A stretch of DNA of 63,740 bases, counting the filler, from Craspedostauros australis (Eukaryota), in the NCBI GenBank assembly GCA_030167865.1. It is 11 parts of 11 records of this genome, joined end to end, with 100 filler letters (N's around TTAATTAATTAA, not from the genome) between each part and the next. Parts side by side here need not be neighbours in the genome. Positions count along the whole stretch, not along the records: positions 16,126 to 37,161 come from JALAGF010004231.1; 10 more parts are not named here. One strand, 5' to 3'. Positions 21,690 through 31,959 of this stretch are shown here, one piece after another. The notes under the pieces were generated by a model. The model had not been told where the DNA came from. It did no database searches and worked only from the letters and a program-made list of their open reading frames with translations. The stretch's first letter is position 1; each line of letters starts with the position of its first letter. The translations under genes and the position numbers were made by a program.

Positions 21690-24230
21690 TTAAAACAGAC
21701 AGGACAAGCGATAGCCACCACTGAGGAGAATACAGGCGTAAATCTCGCCAGATTTCGAATCGATCGTAGTTGCGACACCGCATTCGTAGAACAGCGGATT
21801 GAATGGTGCGGTCCCATCCGATGATGTGTCCGCGTTGGTAGCTGCCGCAGACGACGAGAGAAGTTGCTCCAGGACCATGGCGCGAATCCCCTTCAACGAT
21901 GCACTGCTACCCCGCAGCAGCACGCCGGGATACTTGGAGGTTCGATCTGCCTTGCTGTTGCTGCCTTTGCTGGCCTCGTTTCTGAAAGAATCATCGACTT
22001 TGTTGCAGGCTGCTTCACGACGGACGTGATCTATCGCGCACTCTTGCATCGTTGCGCTTCGAGCCAATGGAACCATGCCACGGTTGCGCCGTTCCTCGTT
22101 GACCAGATCCAACAGCACGAGACTCGGATTCTCCAAGACATCAGGAAGGTTGTCGTCTTCTGGTGGGTCTTTCTCCTCGAGTTCACTGCCTACGGAGACG
22201 GAGTCATCGTAGAATGACACAGCGATCGACCCGTCGATTGTGAACATGTCGTTGTCATTATCGTTGTCGTTGTTGTTATCATGGTCGTTGCCATTGGCTT
22301 CGCTGCTCTTGTCCTTGGTATTGCTACCGGTGTTGCCAGTGCCGTTGCCGCTGGCTGTGCCCTTCTTGTCTCGGCCCAGGTGGTGATCCAAGGTCTTCCT
22401 GGTGTTTCTTCTGTGCTTTGGCGATCGATTAGACCTGCTGCCATTGTGGTCATGGCTGACGCTACCACCATCTATCACAGCTTTCTCGGCATCAGCCGCT
22501 TCGGCCGCATCTTCTGTGGCCGCAAATACTGTCAACGGAGGAGAGGATGGCCGCTTGTCTGGTGATGTGGCCTCCCCTGAGCCGCGAGTTTCGGAAGAAG
22601 ACGAGAAGGTGCGCTGACGTCGTTTGGATACGTTGGACTTGCTTAACTTGCGTTGTGGTTGATCGTGCGATTGGTGCTGCTTGCTTTGGTTGTTGCCGGC
22701 TCCAGTGTCAGCGCTCGCGGTGCTTCTGGAACGTGTCACGAATTCGCCAGAACGACGACGCACCAAGGGAGGTTTCTTTGTAGACTTGCTCGCATTCTTC
22801 TCAGTCACCTGTTGCTTGTCGGATGATGCGTACAGCCTCTCGTTTGATCGATTGCGATATCTGCCGCAACTGCGACTGCGGGTACGGGTCGTCACGTTGT
22901 CCACAGAACGATGCCGACGTGGGGCCGTGCGGGTGCGACTGTGGTCGTCGTCCGCCTTGGAATCGTCTGTGGCCTGGCCGCGCCTGTGTCTGCCGCGGGG
23001 CTTCTCCTTGTCGCCGGATGGCTGTGTATCGCGTCTATGCGACGACGTGTGCCTGCTGTGGCGGGATGACATCGACGATGAACTGATCTTTCCATTGCCA
23101 GGAGCTGAGCGCTCCGTCGATCGATTGCGGCGCAGGCCAACAGTGCGCTGCCCCCTTTGGGACATGCAACGATGCCTGCTGATATGTAGCGTCTTGTGAT
23201 GATCAATGGGTCTCGCACCACCCTTTCGTGGAGATGGAAGGGTGCCGTGGGCACTGCGGTGCAATCTGCGGCTGGGCGAGTGGCTTCTTACCTTTTGTAC
23301 GCCCCTGCTTCGATTGGCGAATCGCGACGGCGCCATGCGATGCTTCGTGTGTTCGCTCGTGCTAGGAGTATGGCCATCAGCGTCGTTGCAGTCGGCATCA
23401 TTGCAGTGCTGGTTGTCATGGTGGTTACCACCGAGATTGTTGCCGTTGTTGCGCGCCATGTCAGCGGGAGCATCAACGGAAGTCATGCATGGTTGATCAG
23501 CGTTCGTTTGCACGTTTGGGATGGCACTGTCACCCGCCTTGTCATTCTCGCTGCCGCTGCCGTTGTTGCCATTTTTGGTAGGCGCCACTCTCACCGCTCG
23601 CTGCGGTGATGGCGGGACCAGAGTCGGGATGGGGATTCTGCCGAGCGTCCCATTCCAGAGACGGTTCATGAGGTTTTCTGCCTTGGAGTCTTCCACCATG
23701 CCTGCAGTATCGCAGCCTTCTGCGTCCTCGCTATTTTGGTGTTGAAGCTTGTGCATACTATTCTGTAGTTCGTCATAGAGGGTGCTGAGCTCCCGGTTGA
23801 CGCAGAGCTGATGATACTTGAGGTCGAGATCGGATAGCTCGGCGCCGTTTGGATCATCGAGCTTCCCAGAGGCGCTTTCGATGTCGGAGTGCCCAAAGCT
23901 GTCGGCATCGTCGCAGCTATCGAAGCTGGTGTGGCTCATGGTGGTGCCGCTGTTGTTGTGCTTGTGGTCGGATGTGAGGATGGAGTTGGAATCGTAGGAC
24001 TTCTGCGATGTGCCGAGCAGGAACATCTCGCTGTCCTCCGCTTCATCGTCGTCCTGCATCAGAAGATGACGTTGCTGATTTTGATGCCTCGTATCCACCC
24101 CAATGGACGCCGTTATCACGCCAGCGCCAGCACCCGCGGCTCTGCGGAGCTTGTGCATGGTGTTGGAAAGTACGTTGCTGTTCCCATCGTGGCAACCATC
24201 GCTGCTGCTATTCTCATTAAGTCTCATCAT
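21690..24230 (-). CDS. 846-aa largely disordered protein with a degenerate C-terminal CAP (SCP/YkwD-like) domain
   Basis: First ATG at 24230; the upstream His/Gln stretch of the ORF track is a simple repeat behind a TTG start. The C-terminus VLLDLVNEERRNRGMVPL...A.DH...FNPLFYECGVAT...IYACILL fits the CAP pattern. Confidence 0.75.
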   Translation of the reverse strand: MMRLNENSSSDGCHDGNSNVLSNTMHKLRRAAGAGAGVITASIGVDTRHQNQQRHLLMQDDDEAEDSEMFLLGTSQKSYDSNSILTSDHKHNNSGTTMSHTSFDSCDDADSFGHSDIESASGKLDDPNGAELSDLDLKYHQLCVNRELSTLYDELQNSMHKLQHQNSEDAEGCDTAGMVEDSKAENLMNRLWNGTLGRIPIPTLVPPSPQRAVRVAPTKNGNNGSGSENDKAGDSAIPNVQTNADQPCMTSVDAPADMARNNGNNLGGNHHDNQHCNDADCNDADGHTPSTSEHTKHRMAPSRFANRSRGVQKVRSHSPSRRLHRSAHGTLPSPRKGGARPIDHHKTLHISRHRCMSQRGQRTVGLRRNRSTERSAPGNGKISSSSMSSRHSRHTSSHRRDTQPSGDKEKPRGRHRRGQATDDSKADDDHSRTRTAPRRHRSVDNVTTRTRSRSCGRYRNRSNERLYASSDKQQVTEKNASKSTKKPPLVRRRSGEFVTRSRSTASADTGAGNNQSKQHQSHDQPQRKLSKSNVSKRRQRTFSSSSETRGSGEATSPDKRPSSPPLTVFAATEDAAEAADAEKAVIDGGSVSHDHNGSRSNRSPKHRRNTRKTLDHHLGRDKKGTASGNGTGNTGSNTKDKSSEANGNDHDNNNDNDNDNDMFTIDGSIAVSFYDDSVSVGSELEEKDPPEDDNLPDVLENPSLVLLDLVNEERRNRGMVPLARSATMQECAIDHVRREAACNKVDDSFRNEASKGSNSKADRTSKYPGVLLRGSSASLKGIRAMVLEQLLSSSAAATNADTSSDGTAPFNPLFYECGVATTIDSKSGEIYACILLSGGYRLSCLF

Positions 24231-26814
24231 TGTGATTGATCGATGTTGGTGGTGATGTTGGTGTTGGTGATGTTGGTGTTGGTGATGGTGGTGATGGTGT
24301 TGGTGGTGTTGGTGATGTTGGTGGTGATGGTGTTGGTGTTGAAGTCGGCGATGACGTTGATGTTGATGGTGGTGACGAGGATGACGATTGATGGGCTTCT
24401 TGCCGATCTGATGGGTCGGCCAGCCCAATAAGATACAGGTACAACTGAGTATAAGTCTGCAAAGGTATGGCGGTTCAGAAGGGAGAAACAAGGAGAGCCG
24501 TGTTGTATTTGTGGTGACTTCAAGTGGTAGGAACCCGAACGTGATCCTGCGTGTTGCGATGCGTTTAGTTGAGTCGAGTTGAAGTGGAGTGAGTTGCGTT
24601 GATTTGGTGGACGATTTGTTTTGTGGACAAGGTGCGCCAACATGAAAAGCGCATTCGTTTGCGTGGTCGTGTTGTTTGTCTGGAATCCAACGAAGAGAAC
24701 ATGCAACACTGTGTGAGGATGCGTAGTAGAATAGTTCCTATAGTTGCAGCGCAGGTATTGCATCCATTCTATTGCAGGAGGTACAAGACGATCACGACAG
24801 CGGCCGCTGTTGCATTTCCGCCGCCTTTCGGGCATCATCGGCAATACCATGGCCATTGCCATTGCCATTGCCATTGACGTGCGATCGTGTTGATGGCAGT
24901 GCGAAATCACGCAAAAAGGTTGCGAAACTGAAAGACGATGAAAGACCGAAAATGTGAGGAGGATGACCATGCCGTTTCCGTTTCGGATGTGGGCCGGTTA
25001 AGTTTTGGTCACGGTGGTCAATGCACTCGGACGGATCGTTCACTATGACTGTAGAATGCCCGGCGGTTAGATGTTGTCGATATCAGTCGCTTGAAGGAGG
25101 ACATATCGGTTCACGAGGGGGAGTTGTGAAGAATCGATGCGTGTCTGGTCGTCACTGGGGTTAACTTTGTTCGAGGCACAATGCCGGTGACACTTGTGCG
25201 AACAATACGACGGGACATGGACGGAAATGGCAACGACACAAACCAACCCAACTGAGAAAACCGTCCAGACACGACGAACATCACGAATAGTGAGGATGTC
25301 AAAGGCGATAGTGGGCGCAGAAACAGCATCACGAACACAGAGGGCACAGAGAGAGAGAGAGAGTAGAAAGGGTACAAAAGATGCGAGCCGCGAGGGTTAT
25401 GGCTCGATACCGAAAGAAGGTCGAGAATAAATAGTTCGCATCCACGTTCTCGGTGTCTGGGATAACAAGCTGTTGTGTCTGAGCCGGTGCGCTCTCGGCT
25501 ACAAAACACGACAAAGGCACAATACCGATAGCGGCAACAACGAAGAGACGCCAATTGGGAGCGTAACAACAACAGCAACAGCGAGAGCCGCGCCAACAAG
25601 AGAGGAGAAAAGAAGGGAGAACGAGAGAGAGAGGACCAACAAAGGATGATTACTCGTACTACTACTACTATTCGTGGACAAGGAACCTGATGACTGTACG
25701 AATACGAGCCGCCAATCGAGAGGACAGCGGCAAAGTCAAACAGAGAGACAGAAGCAGAGTGACCGTCTCTTGAAGAACCAGACATCCCAAGCGGTGCCTT
25801 CTGGGAGAAAAGGTTAGGAAGCTTCAACCCTTCACTGCCTTTGAAGTTGTGTGTGTGAGTGAGCGAGTGGGTGAGTGAGTGAGTGTGTGAGTGAGTGAGT
25901 GTGAGAGAGAAGCTATCGCTGTGCACCCAAGCAACAAAAGACAACGTGACAAAAAGGAGGAACAAACAACGAACAACAACAGAAGCGGCAATAGAAGCGA
26001 CAACAGCTGAAGTAACTGGCAGAGCGGCGTGAAGGAACACAAGCTTCGCACGACACAGATCCACACCACAGATCAACGAAGAACGAACAACGAACAACAC
26101 TGCATTGTATTGTACGCACCGCACCGTACCATACTGTACCGTACCGCACGAACTGCAACCACAAGGAAAGAGGAGGCACACGCAATCGCTTCGACGCAGA
26201 GGACTCCAGGGAACATACAACATACAACATACAACTGTAGTATAATACCATCCTCTCCATTGTGCACAAGCAGGTGACGGAATCGCAACGCTCAACTTGT
26301 GCAGAGCTGCGGCTTTCTCGGGAAGCGAAGCAGAGCCAGGCAGTTGCTTTCGGGAGAGATAAAACCAGGGCAATCGAGTTTGGCTTGGAGAGGCGCCGTG
26401 AATACCACAGAGTATCACAGCCTTGTTCCCATCCCCATAGTCGTACTCGTACGTATTCTGGCACGAGTGTACGTGCAGAACGTCTCTCTTGTCGACCATA
26501 CGTGCGAGTGTCACATCCGCACCATCCGCAGAGAGAAGACCCACGAAGCCAAACAGCCGGCAGTGAACTTCGACAGACGGAAAGCGAGAACACTGTCCAG
26601 CAGTCATCAGGCGGACGCTCAGTGGGCCGCAGAAGCGCCTGCAGTTGCTACCAGCATCAGAACTGTCGCTCTGCATCCATTCCATACATCCATACATCCA
26701 CACTGCGCTGCTCTGGAAGTAACCAGCGTGTGACAAACCAGAGCATACCATACCAGAGCAGAGCATACCAAAGCAAAGCAACTTGCACAACAAGCGTAAG
26801 ATCTCGCAGAGCAA

Positions 26815-29800
26815 ATGCCAGAGGTTATGGATTCATCCTCTGTGGATGGTTCCGTGGCAAGCGCTCTCCGAAGCTACCACAGCAGCAGCAACGGAAGCAC
26901 CACCACGATCCTATCCTACGAGGACGTCGTCCCCACCGCGAGGGTCACGTCGCTGCGCATGGCGCCTGTCACGAGAGGGACTCGCAATACATCGCCGTCC
27001 ACCACGAGTCGACCCGCAGCAGCAACCAACGACGTTGCACAGCATCCAGCACGCAGATCGCTGCAGGCCAACGCGCATTTGCAAGAAACAGACAACGACG
27101 GCCACGCACGCACGACCATGACGGCGGACTGCGAATGGGCGGATGCCGACATGCAGGATGTGCGGGCCAAGTATCATGCCGCGGCCTTTCCAGAGTATCA
27201 GTATGATGCGCAGCAGCTTCTCTTCCATCGTCAGCAGCTTCAGTTGAGGCAGCAAACTTCGATCGATGAGGAAGATGAAGCTCATGAAGAAGAGAAGCGA
27301 GAATCGATGCATGCGGAAGATGATCATGAGGATGCTGCTGATGGCAGTGACGTTGATGTTGACGTTGACTGCGAGAGTGGTAGTGGCAATGCTAATGGCA
27401 ATGGTAGTGGCAATGGTAGCGGCGATGGCGGTGTTCCACATGCTGCCGCCCAGAAGAACAGCAGCAATGAGAGTAACACAAGCAGCAATCATGGTAGCAG
27501 CAATCATGGTAGCAACACCAGCAACGACAACAGCAACAACTCCGACATTGATGAACGGAGCCTATCCTGCAGCGACGACATAGATGACATCCATGACAAC
27601 GATGGCGATGAAGCAACAATGGCATCCAATCCATTGGCTGAAATACAGCAGCAGGAATCAAGGATGGAGCAGGAGATCAACCGTCTTCTCGTTGGAATGA
27701 ATGCGTTGGGTACAACAACTACCACAGTTTCAACGCATGATATCAACGAGGATCAAGACGGCAACCACGGTCATGGCGACGGTCATGGCGACGGCCACGG
27801 CGGCGATAATGTTTATGATGATGACGGCGGCGGCAATGATTACGATGATCACAACGATGCCAACATCAACCATAGCATCAGAAGCAGAAGCAGCTTTGCT
27901 CCAGCTTCTTCAAGAAACGACGACCATGTCATTCGCAATGAGAACGATATCAACAACGCCGGTGATATCGAAGAAGACGATGAGAGTGACAACATCTACA
28001 GCACGATCCCCGATGCTTCCGACAGCATCTTTGGCTTCAACGTCGATCCCAACATGGATGACACCATGACGGAGGCGGGCATTTCCACCGTGTGCTCGGA
28101 AGAGCAGGCGCGCATCATGAGACAGACCATGGAGGAATCCATGCAGGAGTATCAGCAGCAGTATCAACAACAGTATCCGCAGCAGCAGTTTGGATGGTAC
28201 CAGCAGCAGCAGCAGCAGCAGCATCAATATCCGCAGCACCACCACCAACAACAACAACAACAGCCACATCACCAATATCCGGAAAGAGAGGATACGAATC
28301 AGTCACAGCGGAATGCCTCCGTGCCTGACCGATCCGGTCACGAAAGACAAACGTATTACTCGGATGCTGCTGTGACACCTGCTCTGCAACTCCCAAGGGC
28401 CGTACCTGTCGTTGGCAACATCGACAGTGGCAGCGGCCATGGGGCTCCCATCATGGCAGAGATCACCTACCAGGTGTCCGCGCCAATGGCCTCTCCCAGC
28501 GTGGCGAACAATCTCACATCGTCGAGACGCGCGACTGCATCGTCCATCGAGTCCACCAGCAACCACAGCATGCCGGACCACAATCGCAGAACTCTCGTTC
28601 GGCACCATTCACATCAACAATCCTCGCCACGCCAGCTGCACCAGCGTATCTCTCAGTCGCAAACCCAGGCACAGATGCACGCACAGATCCAACCTCAGCT
28701 GAATCATCCCTACCAGCATCGCGCATCACGAGGTCAGTCCGCGTCCACCATGTCACGACACCGGACTTCGTTGCACGATCGCAGATCCAGCTTTGTCAAC
28801 CGTCGTGGCATGTCCATGCGAGAGTTCCGAAATCATCCAACTATTCGCCATTCCACCAATTCGCTCGACCCGACATCATTGAGAACCGCCTCGCGCACCG
28901 CACTGGGCCTTTCATCTCCACCCTCCATGCTGTCGTCGACAGCCACGACGCCATCATCGAGCGGAGTAGCAGCAACAGCATCGTCATCGATGAATGGGGG
29001 AGCTGGCGCATCGGGTTCGACACAGACGTCCGCCCTGCCCGGTGTGCATGGCTCCTCCGCGCATTCCATGCGCCCGACGTTAACGGATCGCGCGTTCTCG
29101 AGGCGTGCGTTGCGAGAAATCGAGCAATCCTCCGGCACCGTGGTCGACAACCCGCACACGGATGCGATGGAACGACGCAAACGCGTGAGCCGGAATTCGT
29201 CGTCGTCAGGATTCTTCATGAGCAGCTCCAGCAGCGTGGCGACGGGGAGACGATCCCACCCGATGTCACCGAGATCGGCCCCCTCGTCCGCGAGCTACTG
29301 CCCCAGCTCGAGCATGAGCGTCACCAGCGCACCCGTCTTGACATCAACCACACCGCCAGCAGCTGCAGCAGCAGCATCGCCGTCAGGACCAATATCGGTA
29401 TCTGCGTCAATGGTGGCCGCGACAACTCCAACGCACAACATCGTCAGAACGTTCTCGGCAGGGCCTTCGACGTTAGTGGGTGGCTGCCTGGCACCACCTC
29501 CAACATCTCAATCGAACAGTGTCATCAGCGGAATGAGCGCCGCGAACATGCCGTGCTCTTCGTCCAACGCTGGGGATGCTGCTGCTGCAGCTGCAATGAT
29601 GCAGCACGACAGCATCACCAACGTGCACATCACATCTACCGCTGACTCCGTCACCCCCAGCATCGGCATGGCTTCCACTGGCACAGGCGCCAACCCCAAC
29701 GAGACCACCAACCTAGAAGAGGACATCTTGGAGCAAGCGAAGGCGCATCTCACGGAGCAAGAGATTGAGCAGATCCGGATGGCGCTCCAGGAGGCCGATG

Positions 29801-31755
29801 ACGTCTCCACGCCCAACACCCAAGCCGTCGCGAACGCAGCGCCAACAGCTGCATTGGCAACAACAGCGGGGTCCATGGGCACGGAGACCACTTCCACCAG
29901 TCTGACCGCAACGACGATTCCTGTGCAACGTGAGGAGTCGAACAGATCGTTGCTCTCCGAATCATATGCGAGCATCGACGATCTCTACGCAAATCAAGGC
30001 TCTGGGAACTTCCTGTCGGATGGTGAAGCCGCGGCGATCGAGGCCGCTTTGCGCGAAGCAGACGCGGCTGAAGAACAGCAGTCTTTGCTGTTGGCGTTCC
30101 AAATGCAGCAGCAGGAGGTCGTCAACATGCGCGAGCGACAGAGGCTGGGTGCTACGTTCTCCCACAGCCCTCCGCGGCAGCATCCATTGGACATCACCAC
30201 CACGGCAACCTCCACGACGTCATCCACGACGCTTCATCACCATGGTTCATCGCACCAACAGCAGCTGCAGCAATCCACCAGTCACGCACCTCCGCAAGCG
30301 TCACACCCTGGCGCTATCTCTTCCTCATTGCCACCAGCGAGACATCCGTTCGAAGGTCCCACAAATCATAACAGCGCTCCATACAGCCACGACGCTTCTT
30401 CCGCTTTCGCAAGCACGAGATCTATGACCTCGTCACCTGCGACGTACACTCCCGCTGTCGTATCAACCTTCCCAATCGTTGCGTCTCTTGCGCCACCTCC
30501 ATCGTCGTCATCTTCGTCAGTCCGTGCCAGCTCTCGGACGGCAGACCAGCAACAGCAACATGAGCAACAACGAGAGTCGACGGACAAACCCAAGAAGAAT
30601 AAGAAGAAAGAGTCGAAGTCCAAGCGCAAGAAGCTGGGATTTCGTCGCATGATGCGTTCTCGCGATCACAGCTCCAGCAGCAACGGTAGCAACCGGAGCA
30701 GCATCAATGGCAACGGCAGCAATCACAACACCAGCTCCAACAGTAGCACCAGCACCAAAAGCAGCACAAACGCCAACACTAGCAGCAGCGGCAGTGGCAG
30801 CTCAGGCAAGCAACACAGCCATCGAGTAATGGATCCGAACGTTCGTTTACAATTGGGACGAGCAATCCAAAGTGGATTCATTGAGAAGTGCAACCCCACA
30901 TCGATCCAAGGTCAGCATTCCAGCTTGTATCATGCAACGGCGAGCAAGTCAGCTCGAGATGCTGATGGCAATTCGGGTGCATGCGGTGGTGTGGGCGATG
31001 ACAACCAACACCATGATGTTGCCGTCAAGGTGCTCAAGGCCAGATCGACCGAAGACGAGGACAATTTGCTGCTGGATCCGCGGTACAGCGGAAAGATGCT
31101 CCCCTGCAGCAGGCGAGAACGGTTGTATCTGTGGGCCGAGAAGGAGTTTCGCAACCTCGTGCGCGCGAACGATCGCGGCAAAGTGCCGGTGCCAACGCCG
31201 CTGCAATACAAGGAGAACATCCTCTTCACGCGGTTCATGGGCACCGATGCGAATTCGCCCGCACCTCACCTGCATGAAATGAACCATTACCCCAACGGCG
31301 ATCCCATTTGGGATGCGTGGTACACGCAGGTGATGGAATCAATCCGCCGGCTCTACAACGACGCCAACCTCGTGCATGGCGATCTCAGCGAGAATCACAT
31401 CTTGGTGGCGCCTTCCGATCAGGTGGACAACACCATCGGGTGCGGGCATGGCAGCGACAGCGAAGACTTGCAAACCGTCCTGATCGATTTTGGAAATGCC
31501 GTGGATTCACAGCACCCGATGGCGCAGCAGCTGCTCGAGGAGGACCTGTTGCGCATCCAGGCATTCTTCGAAAGCCGTGGAGTGAAAACGTTGAGCGCGG
31601 AAGAGTCACTGGAACTCGTCCAGAGTTCGTTCGACTTTCACCAGGACGGTGATAGTGCCGATGGTGGCAATGGCCTGCGTGATTATCTGCACGGAAGTTT
31701 CCACACGTTGGACTTTGGTTTGGACAGCAAGGACTCGGACAACACAGACGACTGA
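26815..31755 (+). CDS. 1646-aa protein with a C-terminal RIO1/RIO3-family atypical kinase domain
   Basis: VAVKV, WAEKEFRNL, VPVPTP, NILFTRFMG, LVHGDLSE and VLIDFGNAV in ~30830-31620, after a long low-complexity N-terminus. Confidence 0.9.
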   Translation: MPEVMDSSSVDGSVASALRSYHSSSNGSTTTILSYEDVVPTARVTSLRMAPVTRGTRNTSPSTTSRPAAATNDVAQHPARRSLQANAHLQETDNDGHARTTMTADCEWADADMQDVRAKYHAAAFPEYQYDAQQLLFHRQQLQLRQQTSIDEEDEAHEEEKRESMHAEDDHEDAADGSDVDVDVDCESGSGNANGNGSGNGSGDGGVPHAAAQKNSSNESNTSSNHGSSNHGSNTSNDNSNNSDIDERSLSCSDDIDDIHDNDGDEATMASNPLAEIQQQESRMEQEINRLLVGMNALGTTTTTVSTHDINEDQDGNHGHGDGHGDGHGGDNVYDDDGGGNDYDDHNDANINHSIRSRSSFAPASSRNDDHVIRNENDINNAGDIEEDDESDNIYSTIPDASDSIFGFNVDPNMDDTMTEAGISTVCSEEQARIMRQTMEESMQEYQQQYQQQYPQQQFGWYQQQQQQQHQYPQHHHQQQQQQPHHQYPEREDTNQSQRNASVPDRSGHERQTYYSDAAVTPALQLPRAVPVVGNIDSGSGHGAPIMAEITYQVSAPMASPSVANNLTSSRRATASSIESTSNHSMPDHNRRTLVRHHSHQQSSPRQLHQRISQSQTQAQMHAQIQPQLNHPYQHRASRGQSASTMSRHRTSLHDRRSSFVNRRGMSMREFRNHPTIRHSTNSLDPTSLRTASRTALGLSSPPSMLSSTATTPSSSGVAATASSSMNGGAGASGSTQTSALPGVHGSSAHSMRPTLTDRAFSRRALREIEQSSGTVVDNPHTDAMERRKRVSRNSSSSGFFMSSSSSVATGRRSHPMSPRSAPSSASYCPSSSMSVTSAPVLTSTTPPAAAAAASPSGPISVSASMVAATTPTHNIVRTFSAGPSTLVGGCLAPPPTSQSNSVISGMSAANMPCSSSNAGDAAAAAAMMQHDSITNVHITSTADSVTPSIGMASTGTGANPNETTNLEEDILEQAKAHLTEQEIEQIRMALQEADDVSTPNTQAVANAAPTAALATTAGSMGTETTSTSLTATTIPVQREESNRSLLSESYASIDDLYANQGSGNFLSDGEAAAIEAALREADAAEEQQSLLLAFQMQQQEVVNMRERQRLGATFSHSPPRQHPLDITTTATSTTSSTTLHHHGSSHQQQLQQSTSHAPPQASHPGAISSSLPPARHPFEGPTNHNSAPYSHDASSAFASTRSMTSSPATYTPAVVSTFPIVASLAPPPSSSSSSVRASSRTADQQQQHEQQRESTDKPKKNKKKESKSKRKKLGFRRMMRSRDHSSSSNGSNRSSINGNGSNHNTSSNSSTSTKSSTNANTSSSGSGSSGKQHSHRVMDPNVRLQLGRAIQSGFIEKCNPTSIQGQHSSLYHATASKSARDADGNSGACGGVGDDNQHHDVAVKVLKARSTEDEDNLLLDPRYSGKMLPCSRRERLYLWAEKEFRNLVRANDRGKVPVPTPLQYKENILFTRFMGTDANSPAPHLHEMNHYPNGDPIWDAWYTQVMESIRRLYNDANLVHGDLSENHILVAPSDQVDNTIGCGHGSDSEDLQTVLIDFGNAVDSQHPMAQQLLEEDLLRIQAFFESRGVKTLSAEESLELVQSSFDFHQDGDSADGGNGLRDYLHGSFHTLDFGLDSKDSDNTDD

Positions 31756-31959
31756 AGTTAATCGTTTTCGCTGTGTGGAGTACGTAGGAGCCCTCTTGCA
31801 TCACATTTTTACATACGAGTATACCAGTATAATAGTCATGGAAGCAACATTACAGACAAGAAAAGAAGCAGCGACAATGAGACGGATGGCATGCTTGAAT
31901 CATCCATCGAACTATCCGCTTACTTGTGTCGTGCAATCATGCCCTATCATGCTAGTACT

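Noticed and set aside
24231..24491. Poly-His/Gln N-terminal extension of the CAP protein
   Set aside because: It depends on a TTG start. A (CAC/CAA/CAT)n repeat upstream of the first ATG is more likely 5' UTR.
25111..26814. 567-aa minus-strand ORF
   Set aside because: Cys/Val/Leu/Ser-rich translation of simple repeats in the divergent intergenic region, with a non-ATG start and no domain.
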